This document shows positions 45,360 to 56,895 of a DNA stretch of 64,000 bases, one piece after another. Each line of letters starts with the position of its first letter. Position 1 is the first letter of the stretch. Under the pieces are notes generated by a model. That model was not told the DNA's origin and did not search any database. It worked only from the letters and a program-made list of their open reading frames with translations. The DNA comes from Trichechus inunguis (taxonomy: Eukaryota): NCBI GenBank assembly GCA_046562895.1, contig CM102154.1, positions 28,141,733-28,205,732 of the forward strand, written 5' to 3'. The position numbers and the translations under genes were made by a program.

Positions 45360-46215
45360 CTGTGGAAACATCACCAAGTCCCACACGGCTCATTTCATCC
45401 ATGACTACAAACACCTTCTTCAGAAAGCAGAGTCTAAAACCATTCTATATCTATGAGGTAATGTGTTTCCCCAGAATAGATTTGGGCAAGGAGTAGGATT
45501 AGGGGTAAAAATCTCCAGCAACAAGAGCTCCTGTGATGAGCGTAAGACAGCAGCTTTTTGGGGTCACTGGGTTTCATTTATTACATGATTGAACTACCAA
45601 TTTTTGGCATGGGATGACTGGCCTGTGAAAAGCAAGATGCGGATAGATTGAACAGAGAACATCTTTGTTCTTGGAGGGAAAGGAAAAGTAGCTCTTATTT
45701 AAATCATTGAGACTTAGGTAAACGGAGGTGTCAGTATAATGCACACAGTGAGGAATTAAAAAACTGAAAGATGTTGACTTTTAGAATCTTCCAAGGTAGA
45801 AGAGCTAAATTTGGGATACATTAATATGATGAAAAGGCCAGCTGACCAAGAATGTGTTTTTTCTTGTAATGCTAATACCTTTTTTTTAATGATCTATTTT
45901 AGTAACGATTATGATGATCACTAACACTTATTCAATGCATTGTTAGAAATACATCAAAGTAACTGATTAGATCTTCACAACAAGCCAATGAAGTAGGTAT
46001 TGCTGTTATCCCCATCTTATACATGAGGAAACCAAGGCAAGAGAGATTCAGTCATTTGACCAAGGTTGCATAGCCAGCAAGTGGTGAAGGTGGGATTAAA
46101 AACCCAGGTGGTCTGAATCCAGATTCTATGCTCTGACATGCCAAGTGCGGTGTCTTAGTTGTCATTAAAGTAAAACAATTTTGTTTGTTTTTAAAACTTC
46201 CTATGGGAGGCAGAA

Positions 46216-46420
46216 GGAGCCCGGGTGGCACAGTGTTTAAGTGCTCAGCTGCTAACTGAAAGGTCAGCACTTTGAACCCACCAGGCGCTCTGCAGGAGAA
46301 AGATGTGGCAGTCTGCTTCCATAAAGATTACAGCTTTGGAAACTCTATGGGACAGTTCTACTCTGTCCTACAGGGTCGCTGTAAGTTGGAATTGACTCGA
46401 CGGCAATGGGTTTGTCTTTT
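46216..46420 (+). mobile_element. AfroSINE
   Basis: Contains ggagcccgggtggcacagtgtttaagtgctcagctgctaactgaaaggtcagcactttgaaccc... Confidence 0.88.
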
Positions 46421-46725
46421 TTGTTTGTTTGTTTGGAATGGGAGGTAGATATTTCATGTTTTTAACTCACTTATCAGGGTGGACATGACACCTGTCAGTA
46501 CAATATAACACCAAGGAGAGAAAAATGGGGAAAAAAAGTGAGCCTTTTCCAGTGCTCTAAGAACGTGACTCCTTCATCACGGCTGAGAATTCCCAAGCAG
46601 GAAACTGGTATGTGTATACCATACCCACTATTAGTATTCCAGACACAAAATGAAATTCAATTTCTAAATATTAGTCCAGAAAAAACTGTACAAGCACACA
46701 TACAACCCCACAACAAAAGACTCAC

Positions 46726-46803
46726 CTTCTTCTGTTCATCTTTAAAAAACCAAAGGAACTTTGGTAAATATTTCTGTGTCTGAGAAAATGGATGCCCAGA
46801 CTT
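46726..46803 (-). CDS. TEP1: TEP1 coding exon 6
   Basis: ctacag acceptor. Encodes KSGHPFSQTQKYLPKFLWFFKDEQKK. Donor gtgagt. This is the window exon with the weakest similarity to TEP1; phase is consistent with its neighbours. Confidence 0.6.
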
Positions 46804-47118
46804 CTGTAGGACAGGAGAAACAGTGTTCAAAGAGGGAAATGAAGGTTGTTCCAGAAGAGACTCATTTGAATAGCTCCAAAGGCTCATCTCTACCAAAAAG
46901 GAAGCCAGCTAAGAAAGAGTCCTGCCCTACTCTGTCTCTTGAGCTCTGACCCAGCTCCTCTCTGACCCCTTTTGTTCCTGGTGGTAGGAAGATGTCAGTT
47001 CTAAAGAATAAGGATGCTTACTGTGGGACTCCCCAGGGTTAGCATGTTACCAGGTCTGTTCCTTCCCAGAGAAAGGGGGCCAGGGCTGTGAATGACTAGG
47101 GCTGGGATGGAGACTGAC

Positions 47119-47280
47119 TGGAGGGCGTGGGGGCTGGCGGGGGCGTTTCTTGGCCCGGTGCTTCCGGGGGTTGTACTTGGCCAGTTGGTACTCATCAAAC
47201 TGGGCAAATTTATCTGTCATCGCAGCACGTAGGCAGGCAGGCAGGGGCACCAGCTTGTTCTCCTGCTCTTCAGCCAGGCT
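47119..47280 (-). CDS. TEP1: TEP1 coding exon 5
   Basis: Encodes SLAEEQENKLVPLPACLRAAMTDKFAQFDEYQLAKYNPRKHRAKKRPRQPPRPP. Donor gtcagt. Confidence 0.8.
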
Positions 47281-47642
47281 CTGTCAGAGAGAGAGAGACC
47301 CTCAGCTGTGAGACTCAAACAAACCCTCTGAAACAAAACAAGACCACTTCATGGGGTTATCTGAGCAACAATAAGGAGCTGGTTCCTAGTCCCAGCTCTA
47401 AAATTACAATTTCTTTGGTACTGGGCAAGTCAGCGGACTTCTCTGGTTCTTATTTTCCTCACTGTAAACATGAGATCCAGAGTAAGATCAGTTTTTCTCA
47501 AACTGCACTCTAGCCTTAATCATATTCTGCCTGTTGGGCAACCCAGCCTGGTACAGGGAGAAGCTGTCCTGTCCAGAAGTAGCTGAAGGGAGGGCTACCT
47601 GACTGAGAATTTTCTCCCAGGATGCACTGAGCGAAGAAGAGG

Positions 47643-47725
47643 GAAGCAAGTGAAGGCCAAAGATCAAGAAAGTAAAATTGTAAACTTTCACCTAAACTAC
47701 AACAATAAAAAGAAAAAAAAAAAAG
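47643..47725 (+). mobile_element. L1 3' tail fragment with A-rich end
   Basis: Reads gtaaaattgtaaactttcacctaaactacaacaataaaaag+A(n). Lies 17 nt from the TEP1 exon donor at 47742. Confidence 0.7.
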
Positions 47726-47741
47726 AAAGTGAGGGCCACAC

Positions 47742-47903
47742 CTGGTAGAACTCAGCCACCTGGATCCAATCAGAAGGCAGCTGGACAATGGCACAAAAAT
47801 ATCGTCGCATGTAGGGGCGGCAGGCTGGCAAGAAGGCAGCAATGGCCAAGACTCTGTTGGCTGCATCTCGGATGTTCAGCTGCTGCCTGGTATACAAAGA
47901 CGC
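47742..47903 (-). CDS. TEP1: TEP1 coding exon 4
   Basis: Encodes ASLYTRQQLNIRDAANRVLAIAAFLPACRPYMRRYFCAIVQLPSDWIQVAEFYQ. Donor gtgtgg. Confidence 0.85.
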
Positions 47904-48646
47904 CTAGGGCACAAGGTAGGGAGAACTGGCATCTCAGTCACATCTCCCCATAGCTTTATTCACTAAATTCACTCGCTCACCTAAACCACCTGCATAAAAC
48001 CTTTCCTGAGCCCCCCACATTGTCTACAAAAAACAAAGCCTGAAGTCCTTGGCTTGGCACTCTAAGCCCTCCATAACCCAGCCCCTATCTACCTTTCTAA
48101 CATGTCTTCCCCTGAGTCTACCACCTGCCTCCCAAGTCAATCAGGCCCTCTCCCTCTTTGGAAACTGCCTCCCATATCAACACTGACTAAAAACTTGACC
48201 AGGGTTCAAATCGCTGATTAAATCTGCCATCTTCCAAAGCCTCATTTTTCCTTCTTCTCTGCTTTTGAAACATTCACTACTACTCCAGTGGCATTTATAT
48301 ATTTAGGAAAGTCCTTTACTTTCCCAACAACACTATGAACAACTCAAGAAGCAGATCGAAGTTTCATATACTTGTTGGTATGTCCCTCAAGGCCTAGCAC
48401 AGTGCACTCAGCCTGTGTACTTACTAAACAAGCAAACCCTAATATGCTCTTTCCCAACTCCATCTTTCCCTACTCCCCACAGAACTCCAGAGACTAGGCC
48501 TCAGACTCACTCAGAGATCTAACTCCCTTCCTAAGTGAAGTTCCTTTCACCCCCAATATGAGGCTAGTCACCACCCCCCAACACATACCATAATCACATT
48601 TCCCATCTCCCAGCTTCCCAGTCCCATCCCCTCTTTCACACAATAC

Positions 48647-48781
48647 CTTGAGGATAAACTCAGGTTCCAAGGGGGCAAGTTCACTACAGACTTTAAGGAG
48701 AAAAGTCTGAAAGGAGTACTTTTCTTCTTTTGTGTTCACCTTCGATGCCACACTAGAGCACAGCAAGCTCATTAGAGCCAT
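48647..48781 (-). CDS. TEP1: TEP1 coding exon 3
   Basis: Encodes MALMSLLCSSVASKVNTKEEKYSFQTFLLKVCSELAPLEPEFILK. Donor gtattg. Confidence 0.85.
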
Positions 48782-49093
48782 CTAGGAATTGGGAGAAGGA
48801 GGGAAGAAAGAAGAGGTAATAAGGACCAACTGAAGCATCCATGCAGGCCAACTTACAAAATCAAGAATATAGAGAATGGATCCCAGATTTAGAAAGACAC
48901 TTGTCCAACCAAGAGGTTAGAAAAGGGGATTAGGAAGTGAGGAATGAGAGCTGACCTCTATTACATGAGTTGTGTCTCCTCCTTCCCCTTCCATCTGGGG
49001 AGGGGACCTGGTACAGCTTTTGGTCACCACCCCTCCCTCCCCTCATCCTTCCCACCACCACCACCAACCTCTCTCCAACTCTGGAACTTTCAC

Positions 49094-49279
49094 CTTCTTC
49101 TCCTGAAGAGCCTGGTCAGTGGGCTCAGGATGAGATTTGGAGTCCCCAAGGGTGAGCTCCAGGGCCAGCTCCTCCACCTTCTCCTCCTCTCCGAAGCTTA
49201 GACTATAAAAAGGCATTTGGGCCTCTTCTCCTTCTATCTTTTCTGGCTTTTTATCTTCTTCTGACAAGGACCAACATCC
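49094..49279 (-). CDS. TEP1: TEP1 coding exon 2
   Basis: ccccag acceptor. Encodes GCWSLSEEDKKPEKIEGEEAQMPFYSLSFGEEEKVEEL...PEPTDQALQEKK. Donor gtgaaa. 186 nt, phase 0. Confidence 0.85.
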
Positions 49280-49474
49280 CTGGGGATAGTAGCATTTGTT
49301 AATCACAGCTCACACCCATGGCCCCTCAAACACAGACAGATCTGAAGGCAGAATAGAAGACAGGAAGAAGAGTCCAGACCTATCTTCTAGCACCTCAAAC
49401 CCTCTCCCTCACACCCCAGCATTGATCTGTCCTGTCTCTGACATGGAGCCAAGACAAGTGCCTCCAGCTATTAC

Positions 49475-49951
49475 CAAAGCTTCTTCCTGAGCTCTCTTTG
49501 TGGCAGAGGTAGATTCCAGGGCCCTGGGGCAGGTTAGAAGGTCTTGTCCCTCAGAGAGGCACTGAGTCCTCCAGGTTGGAGGCTCAGAGAACAGGCTGTT
49601 GTTGATGTTCAGGCTGTACAGATCCGCTTGTGCCAGGTGAGGTATTTGGAGATGCTGGAGCAAGGTGCTGGCACACTTAGTGTTCTTTAGACTGGGGAGC
49701 GTGGCCAGGCACTGGTTCTGTAAGGAGAGGATGTCTGGGTGAGCAGACACATGCCCATGTGGCTTCTCCATGGTCTTCACATCAGGAAGTGTGGCCAGGC
49801 ACCGGTTCTCTATGGAGAGGACGTCTGAGTGGGAAGACACATGCCCATGTGGCTTCTCCATGGTCTTCACATGAGGAAGCATGGCCAGGCACCGGTTCTC
49901 CAAGGAGAGAATGTCTGGGTGGGCAGACACATGCCCACGGAGTTTCTCCAT
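49475..49951 (-). CDS. TEP1: TEP1 first coding exon (ATG 49949-49951; four ~30-aa TEP1 N-terminal repeats)
   Basis: Encodes MEKLRGHVSAHPDILSLENRCLAMLPHVKT / MEKPHGHVSSHSDVLSIENRCLATL / MEKPHGHVSAHPDILSLQNQCLATL...TSATKRAQEEAL. Donor gtaata. The exon extends 5' to an acceptor at 49976-77. Matches ORF 49409-49951. Confidence 0.9.
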
Positions 49952-51169
49952 GGCTGGCGCTCAACCAGCATAAGCCTAGAAGGAGAAAGGGCAGGTGATG
50001 AGCACTCAGCTGCAATGGAAGCCTGTGTGCACTATCTGTCCCAGAGCCCTCCTAATAATGCCAGTGACCTTCAGGCAGACTACAACCAATTTTTTTTTTC
50101 CCCAGGACTAGGCTCATCTAGGGAGTCTTCTAAGCGGGAGGGGAGGGAAAAGTAAGGCAGAAATTTATGAACAAGGAAATTTAAATTTTAAAAAAAAAGC
50201 AATGGACTAGAGAGAAAAAGGACATGTCTTCTCATAAAGGGGTAAAAGAGATTCCCAGGATTATTGGTTTTATTCCAACATAGTAGAGTGGCCAAGCTTA
50301 GAATCTGGACTCTGGATTCTCAGCTCCAGAGAAACAAATATTTTGATCAAACGGTCTATACTCACCACCTCAACTTCCTTATCTCTTACTCACTTTTTAA
50401 CCAGCTAATGCGGATTCTGTCCTCACCATTCTATCAATACTGTTGTCTTAGGTAACTAACAGACTTCCTGTAATTACTATGAATAGACATCTTGGCCCTT
50501 ATCTTACTTCGCCTCTAAAGCAGAATTCGACACTGTTTATCACTCTCTCTTCTCTGTTTTCCTGATGCTACTCTCCTGGTTTTCTGCTTATACTTTGGCC
50601 ACACCTCTTGGGGGTTTTTTCTCTGATTTTCCTTAAATTTTGGCACTATTTAGTGTTCTACTCTAATCTTTCTATATACGCTCCCAGGGTAATGTCCCCC
50701 ATTCCTGTGGCTCCAAATAATACTTCTATGCTGGCAACTCACAAACGTATCCCTTGACCTAGATCTCTCTTTTGAGCTTCACAGTCATTTATCCAATTGC
50801 CCATTGGATATCCCCACTTGGAGGATTCAAAGGTAGTCCAAATTCAACATACCCCAAATGGATCAACTTTCCTCCACTCCTCCCTCCTTTGCGCATTTAG
50901 AAACCTTGGTTTTGTCTTTAACTCTCTTTCTCCCTTACTCCATCGGAGTTTGGAGTGAGATCAACTTGAGTTTGAATCCTAGCTCCTCCACCTTGGAACC
51001 TTGGGCAAGTTACTTAAACTCTCTGTGCCTTAGTTTCTTCATCTATAAAATGGAGATAAAGGTCTACCTCACAGAATTTTTATATGAATAAATAAGGAAA
51101 AATATATTAAGTACTTAGAGAAGTGCCTGGCACTTAGTGTTCAATAAATGGAAATATTATTATTTGTTG

Positions 51170-51380
51170 GAGCCCTGGTGCCACAGTGGTTAAAGCACTC
51201 GCCTGCTAACCAAACGGTCAGCAGTTTGACCCTATCAGCCGCTCCATGGGAGAAAGATGTGGCAGTCTGCTTCTGTAAAGATTACAGCCTTGGAAACCCT
51301 ATCTGGCAGTTCTACTCTGTCCTATAGGGTCTCTATGAGTCGGAATCAACTCAATGGCAACAGGTTTGGTTTTTGGTATT
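51170..51380 (+). mobile_element. AfroSINE
   Basis: Contains ggagccctggtgccacagtggttaaagcactcgcctgctaaccaaacggtcagcagtttgaccc... Confidence 0.88.
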
Positions 51381-52295
51381 GCTCTTTGTTATTATTATCC
51401 AGTCAACTACCAAGTCCTATTGATTCTACTCCCCCCGTGGCTCTCAAATCTATCCAATTCTATTGATTCTGCCTGCCACCACCTTTGCTGAAACCCTTCT
51501 ATCCAGGTGATGACACACTGTATGGAGAACTGTCTAAAGGAGATGCACCCCCAAACATACTCCAGTTACCGTTTACTACATTACCCTGTTTATTTTATCA
51601 TGATTTAAAAAATTATCTTACTTGCCTCCTTGTTCCGTTTCTCCTTACTAAAATAAAATTCCTTGAGGGTAATGGTTCCTTTGTCACATTCCTTTGTCAC
51701 CTCTGTATCTCCAGCATCACAACAAGTGGCTAGCCTCTGATCATCTCCCAGCCTCATCTCTTACTGCTGCTCTAACTCCAAGCACTCTACACTTCAACCA
51801 TACCAAACTTTTTTAGCTTATGAATCACTAAGTATCTCTTGACTCTGGATCTTTGCACAGGAAGATGTCTGGAACATTCTTCCTTCTACCAACACCATCC
51901 CATCCTCCAGCCCCACCTTTACCAGGCCAAATTCTACTTTTCTGTCACTCGGCAGACTTCAATTTAATAGCTATTCTTCCAAGGAGCCTTTGCTGATACA
52001 CAGACCCCAGTCTGGTTTAGTTGGCCCTTCTATGTTCCCACAACACCTGTACTTCCTCTATCATCGAATACATCACCTTTACTGTAATTGCCTATTTATT
52101 TGTCTTTTGCCCCACTAGACTCTAAGCTCCTGAGAATGGAGACCCTTCCAGCCTTGTTCACTATCGTTTCTACAATGCCTAGTCAGTGCGATTCAGAGAC
52201 TTTTGAGACTCTGCTAAAAGCAACGGAGCTTTTTCACAGAAAAAAAACATGATTATATACTGTTTTGCCCTTAATTTCAGGGAGTCTATGGAGCC

Positions 52296-52460
52296 CATGG
52301 AGCCCTTGTGGCACAGTGGTTAAGAGTTTGGCTGCTAACCGAAAGGCCGGCAGTTCAAATCTACCAGCTGCTCCTTGGAAACACTATGAGGCAGTTCTAC
52401 TCTGATCTACAGGGTTGCTATGAGTCGGAATTGACTCAACAACAGATTTGATTTGGTTTT
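52296..52460 (+). mobile_element. AfroSINE
   Basis: Contains ggagcccttgtggcacagtggttaagagtttggctgctaaccgaaaggccggcagttcaaatc... Confidence 0.88.
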
Positions 52461-52964
52461 ATGGAGCCCATCCATGGATCTCCGAGGACCTCCCACAAAT
52501 TAAGAACCTCTGCTGAGAGAAGGCTTGAAATTATACCATTAGGAATGCATTAATTTATTTACTTGGACAAAAGCTTATCTCCTATTCATATGTTAGTATT
52601 TTAGGAATAATATTGTTAAGTCAATCACTTAAACCTTAGTTTGAATGAGCTTACGGACAGAAATGTAGAACACTTCCAAGAAGATTTGCATGAACTGACA
52701 ATACAGGACTAGAAAGGACCACAGATATTTCACTGGATGTCAGTGTGGGCAAACTACATCAAGAATGGATGGCCTCGGTGCCCTGTACACTTCCCCCATG
52801 CGTTTGCATTATATAAGCCATCAGAGAAAGGAGGAGGGAATCTCAGAATTGACTCAAGATTCAAAAACATATTGATGATGAATGTAATTAATGTCACTGA
52901 ACTGTACATGTGCAGATTGTAGAAATGGCAAATGTTCTGTTACCTATATACTTACCCCAATTTA

Positions 52965-52998
52965 CATATATATATATGTGTGTATATATATATATATA
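52965..52998. repeat. (TA)n/(TG)n microsatellite
   Basis: Reads catatatatatatgtgtgtatatatatatatatacc. Confidence 0.85.
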
Positions 52999-53000
52999 CC

Positions 53001-53152
53001 AAACCCATTGCCGTTGAGTTGATTCCAACTCAGAGCAACCCTATAGGACAGAGATGTGCGCCATAGGGTTTCCAAGGAGCAGCTGGTGGATTCGAACTGC
53101 TGACCTCTTGGCTAGCAGCTGAGCTCTTAACCACTGTGCCACCAGGGCTCCA
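53001..53152 (-). mobile_element. AfroSINE flanked by (TA)n/(TG)n microsatellites
   Basis: Contains aaacccattgccgttgagttgattccaactcagagcaaccc...gtggattcgaactgctgacc. Confidence 0.85.
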
Positions 53153-53559
53153 CATATATATATATGAGTCCTCAAAACAAAAATTAACAGAAAAATACAG
53201 TTGCTTTTTTTGCACACTGGAGTTTGTGAAGCGAGATTCAGGTGAACCACAAATGAAAAAGTAAAAGTCCCCCCTTCCCCAGATCTCTAGTTCCATTCTC
53301 CAGAGATAACCACTGTTAAGTTTTATATGTACAGTTTCAGACACTTTCTATACAAAATCAATTACATGTATATTCCTCCCTTTTTTGCTTTACATCAAAA
53401 GAATCATACTTTACATTCTACTCTGCACTTAATGGGTCTTGCAGTCCTTGCCATTTACCACAATACCCACCTCACTCTTTTAAGTGGCTGTGTGATAGTC
53501 CATCAAATTTAAACTCACCCCGGGTTTCTGTTACTACAAACAGCGCTCATACCACCGTT

Positions 53560-53760
53560 GGTCTGTGGCAGCTACTCTCCCCTTTCAAGAAGCACACAGG
53601 GCAAGGAAGTTAGAGGTGCTCAGTCTCACCTGGTCTCTCTTCCTTCCTCCTCTTCTTGGGTCCCTCCATCCTCTGTCCTCCCCTTTCCCTCATCCTTCTC
53701 CCCCTCTATTCCCACCTCTCCTCTCTGTTTCACATACTACACCCTTTCCCGGAGCTGCGG
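53560..53760. repeat. CT-rich polypyrimidine tract next to the CpG island
   Basis: Reads cttccttcctcctcttcttgggtccctccatcctctgtcctcccctttccctcatccttctccccctctattcccacctctcctctctg. Confidence 0.7.
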
Positions 53761-54160
53761 GGAGAGCAGATGCACCCCCCCGCGCCCCACCCGACCCGCA
53801 CGTTAACTAAACCGTCCCGGGCAGGCCCTTCTCACCTCGACTCTCGGTTTCCGAGCCCAGCGCCTGACCGGGGCTGGGGCAAGTCTCTGCCTGCGCTCGG
53901 ACCCCCTCCACCGAGCGATTGGGGAGTAGAGAAGCTGGGATTCCGACGCGAGGCGTGTCGGCTCCCCGCAGCAGGAAGTAGAAGCGGGTTCTCGGCTTGG
54001 CTAGTGCGAGGAGTGGGACCGGAGGAGGAGCCAGACAGGAATGGGGAGGAGACTACACGGTGGCGGAGACGCGCGGGGCCGGGCGGGCGTGGCGGAAGCT
54101 GGGCTGGAAGCAACGGTGCGTGGGCGACAGACCAGGCTGGGCAACCCTTAACGTGGAGGA
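53740..54160. promoter_or_regulatory. TEP1: CpG island; candidate TEP1 promoter / untranslated first exon
   Basis: Dense CpG (ccgcgccccacccgacccgcacg...gacgcgcggggccgggcgggcgtggcgg) ~4 kb upstream of the ATG exon. That exon is preceded by a strong acceptor. A minus-strand donor CGAG|gtgagaagg sits at ~53836. Confidence 0.5.
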
Positions 54161-54382
54161 CGTTTGAAGACTTTTTTGTGGCCTGAGGTTTTTGTTTGTT
54201 TTTTTTTATTATGGTGAAAATATACATCACAAGACATACACCAATTCAGTAACTTCTACACGTAAAATTGCGTGACATTGATACATTCTTCAAGTTGTGC
54301 AACCATTCTCACGATCCTTTTCCAAATTATTCCACCATTATTAACATAAACTCACCGCCCCTTCTCCCTCCCATCTCTAATA

Positions 54383-54543
54383 CCAAACCGAAACCCGTCG
54401 CTCACAGAGTGAATTCGGACTCGCAGCGATCCTGCAGGACAGCGTAGAACTGCCTCCCTAGGGTTTCCAAGGAGCAGATGGTGGATTCGAACTGCCGACC
54501 TTTTGGTGAGCAGCCAGCTCTTAACCACTGCGTCACCAGACCA
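54383..54543 (-). mobile_element. AfroSINE
   Basis: Contains aaacccgtcgctcacagagtgaattcggactcgcagcgatcc...gtggattcgaactgccgacc. Confidence 0.85.
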
Positions 54544-54570
54544 CTATTAATTTTTGGTTTCAGTATATTT

Positions 54571-54700
54571 GCTTGTGGGAGAAAGACGGGGCAGTCTGCT
54601 TCCATAAACATCACAGCCTTGGAAACCGTATGGGGCAGTTCTACTCTGTCCTATAGCGTCATTATGAGTTGGAATTGACTCAGTGGTAAGTGGGTTTGTT
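54571..54700 (+). mobile_element. AfroSINE 3' half
   Basis: Contains gggagaaagacggggcagtctgcttccataaacatcacagccttggaaaccgtatggggcag...gagttggaattgactcagtgg. Confidence 0.75.
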
Positions 54701-55684
54701 TTTTGCTTTTGTCTTTGTCTATATTTGCTTATTCCGTATAAGTGAGATCATACAGTATTTGTCCTTTTTGTACTGACTTTATTTCGCTCAGCGTAATGTT
54801 TTTAAGGTTCACCCATATTGTGGCATGCATCAGGACTTCATTTCTCTTTATAGCTGAGTAATAATCCATTGTGTGTGTGTATGTATATATATAGCCCGAC
54901 GTTTTTGTTTTTCCTTTTCCCTCCCTGGTCCTCTATTCTCCTGACCCTCAGACTTTTTCCTCTACCAAATTCCCATCCTCTTTCGTTAAACGTCCTCTCC
55001 TTTCTCTTTTAAAAATCTTCTGGAGCATTAAATCAAACACTATTTCTTGAGAAAGATTTGGCCATGTTCACTGCCTATCTGGACACCTTTTTTTTCCTGG
55101 TATCAAAGATAGTTGGACTCTTAATGCATCCTTAAGTTACTTTGTGGATACAGAATTTAAAAGCAGATGGAGAATCCAAAGAAATGGCCTGTAACCAGAT
55201 GCAGACATCAAATAATTAAAATGGGAGCGTTCCCCTCCTTTCTTGTCCATTAGGGAGAGATTTGTGAATCACAAAGAATCTGTTTGGAACCACTCTGGGT
55301 AACTAATGTGGAACCATTTCCCTGAAAGATGGGACCAGGCTCAGGAAAGAGACAAGTAACACTTAGGACAATAATGCTAATGCTATTTCATAAGGAACAA
55401 GGCCAAACAGTAACAGCAGATATATGCTTTCTTCATGTAAGACAGACTGGCTGTCTTCTAAAAAATATTATCACTTTCCTTAGAGAAGTACCTTTGATTC
55501 TCAGGTAACAACTGAGCAACTGTCACGGATTTTAAGACTGAAGCAGAACTGGGGGCACCCTGTCTTCTCTATATGCTGAGCCAGATCCCACCTTCCTTAC
55601 AAAAGCCTCCATCGCCACCTATCCCATCAGTCCCAACATTCTCTTTTATAACAAATATTTTATGCCTCCTTTAGTTATCTTGTT

Positions 55685-55965
55685 AACCAAAAGGCCAGCA
55701 GTTCAAATCCACCTATCCTATTAGCCAAAAGGTTGGCAGTTCAAATCCACCAGCTGTTCCTTGGAAGCCCTATGGGGCAGTTCTACTCCGTCCTATAGGG
55801 TCACTATGTGTTGGAACTGACTTGACGGCAATGGGTTACAGAGCCCGTGGAGCCCTGGTGGTGCAGTAGTTAAGAGCTCAGCTGCTAACCAAAAGGTCGG
55901 CAGTTCAAATCTACCAGCTGCTCCTTGGAAACCTTATGCAATCGACTTGACGGCAACAGGTTTCA
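55685..55965 (+). mobile_element. Composite of two or three partial/complete AfroSINE copies in tandem
   Basis: Repeated ccaaaaggc/ttggcagttcaaatccacc blocks, then ggagccctggtggtgcagtagttaagagctcagctgctaacc.... Confidence 0.8.
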
Positions 55966-56764
55966 TTATCCTGAAATACAATTCATTATGTAGCTTACCT
56001 ACACACAATTTTAAAAACTAATAAAATGTCCTGAATACATATAAAGGAATACTAGAAGGAAGGTTAGTTATAATAAAATACTATGTGTTTAAGTATGTAA
56101 ATACTTGGGCATGACATTCAAGAAGACACAACTCAGATGCTTGCATCTCTATATAGAATTACCTTGAATGTAACAGCTACAAATGCAGACTGATAGAGGC
56201 GTATTGTGATAGTGATTCAAATACCATGAACGAAGATGGTGGTGTGGCATGATTTTCCAAAATGATAAATAATCTTCGGCAAAATTTCAAACAAAACAAG
56301 TATGATCGTGCCATAATTTTCATGGTAGTTACATTCCTGGAAAGTTCAGTGTATGTTAAAACTATGCATAAAATGCCTTGTATCTATATTTAAAATACAC
56401 TTAGATATTAAGCACAGATTACAATGGGTTTTCAGCTACATGAATGACTGGCAAGTCATTCAAAATTATCTGAGATGCAAGAATGTTTTTCATTGTGTGG
56501 GAATGTTCTTCACTGTGCACAGTTGCCTAATGTCTAGCAATTTTGTATCCTGCCTGTTAAATGCCTACAATAATCCTAATCATTGTGACAGGCAATAGGA
56601 AAAAGCCTCCATAAATTTCTAAAACACCCCTTAGGGGCCAGTACTGCCCTCATTGAGCATCTCCATTGAGGGTCTATCATTAGGGAAGGGGAGGGGTTTT
56701 CTGAAGAAAAGGTGAGGGAGCACAAGACCTAAGAGACCTGAAAGAAGAGGTTATGAAAACCTAC

Positions 56765-56895
56765 CCAGAGGTGCCTCAAAAGACAGGCCTGGGAATCCAC
56801 TTCTGAAAAGACACAGCCTTGAAAACCCTATGGAGCAGTTCCACTCTCACACACCGGGTCACCATGAGTCAGAATGGAATTGACGGCACTAACAA
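56765..56895 (+). mobile_element. AfroSINE fragment
   Basis: Contains ggtgcctcaaaagacaggcctgggaatccacttctgaaaagacacagccttgaaaaccctatggagcag...gtcaccatgagtcagaatgg. Confidence 0.7.

Larger units (their letters stand above)
12560..49975 (-). other. TEP1: TEP1 gene body (54 coding exons mapped; a putative untranslated first exon lies further upstream in the CpG island)
   Basis: Minus-strand exon chain from MEKLRGHVSAHPDILSLENRCLAML (TEP1 N-terminal repeats) through the TROVE region, NACHT P-loop and WD40 repeats to ...NVYFLSWE*. Every junction has AG/GT and phase continuity. Confidence 0.9.

Noticed and set aside
46052-46270. Minus-strand ORF considered as a candidate TEP1 exon
   Set aside because: The translation does not match TEP1 and overlaps an AfroSINE. 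The true exons in this interval are 46726-46803 and 45235-45359.
53656-54186. 176-aa plus-strand ORF inside the CpG island
   Set aside because: Pro/Gly/Arg-rich low-complexity translation typical of GC-rich DNA. No start context, no splice support, no similarity to known proteins that I recognise.
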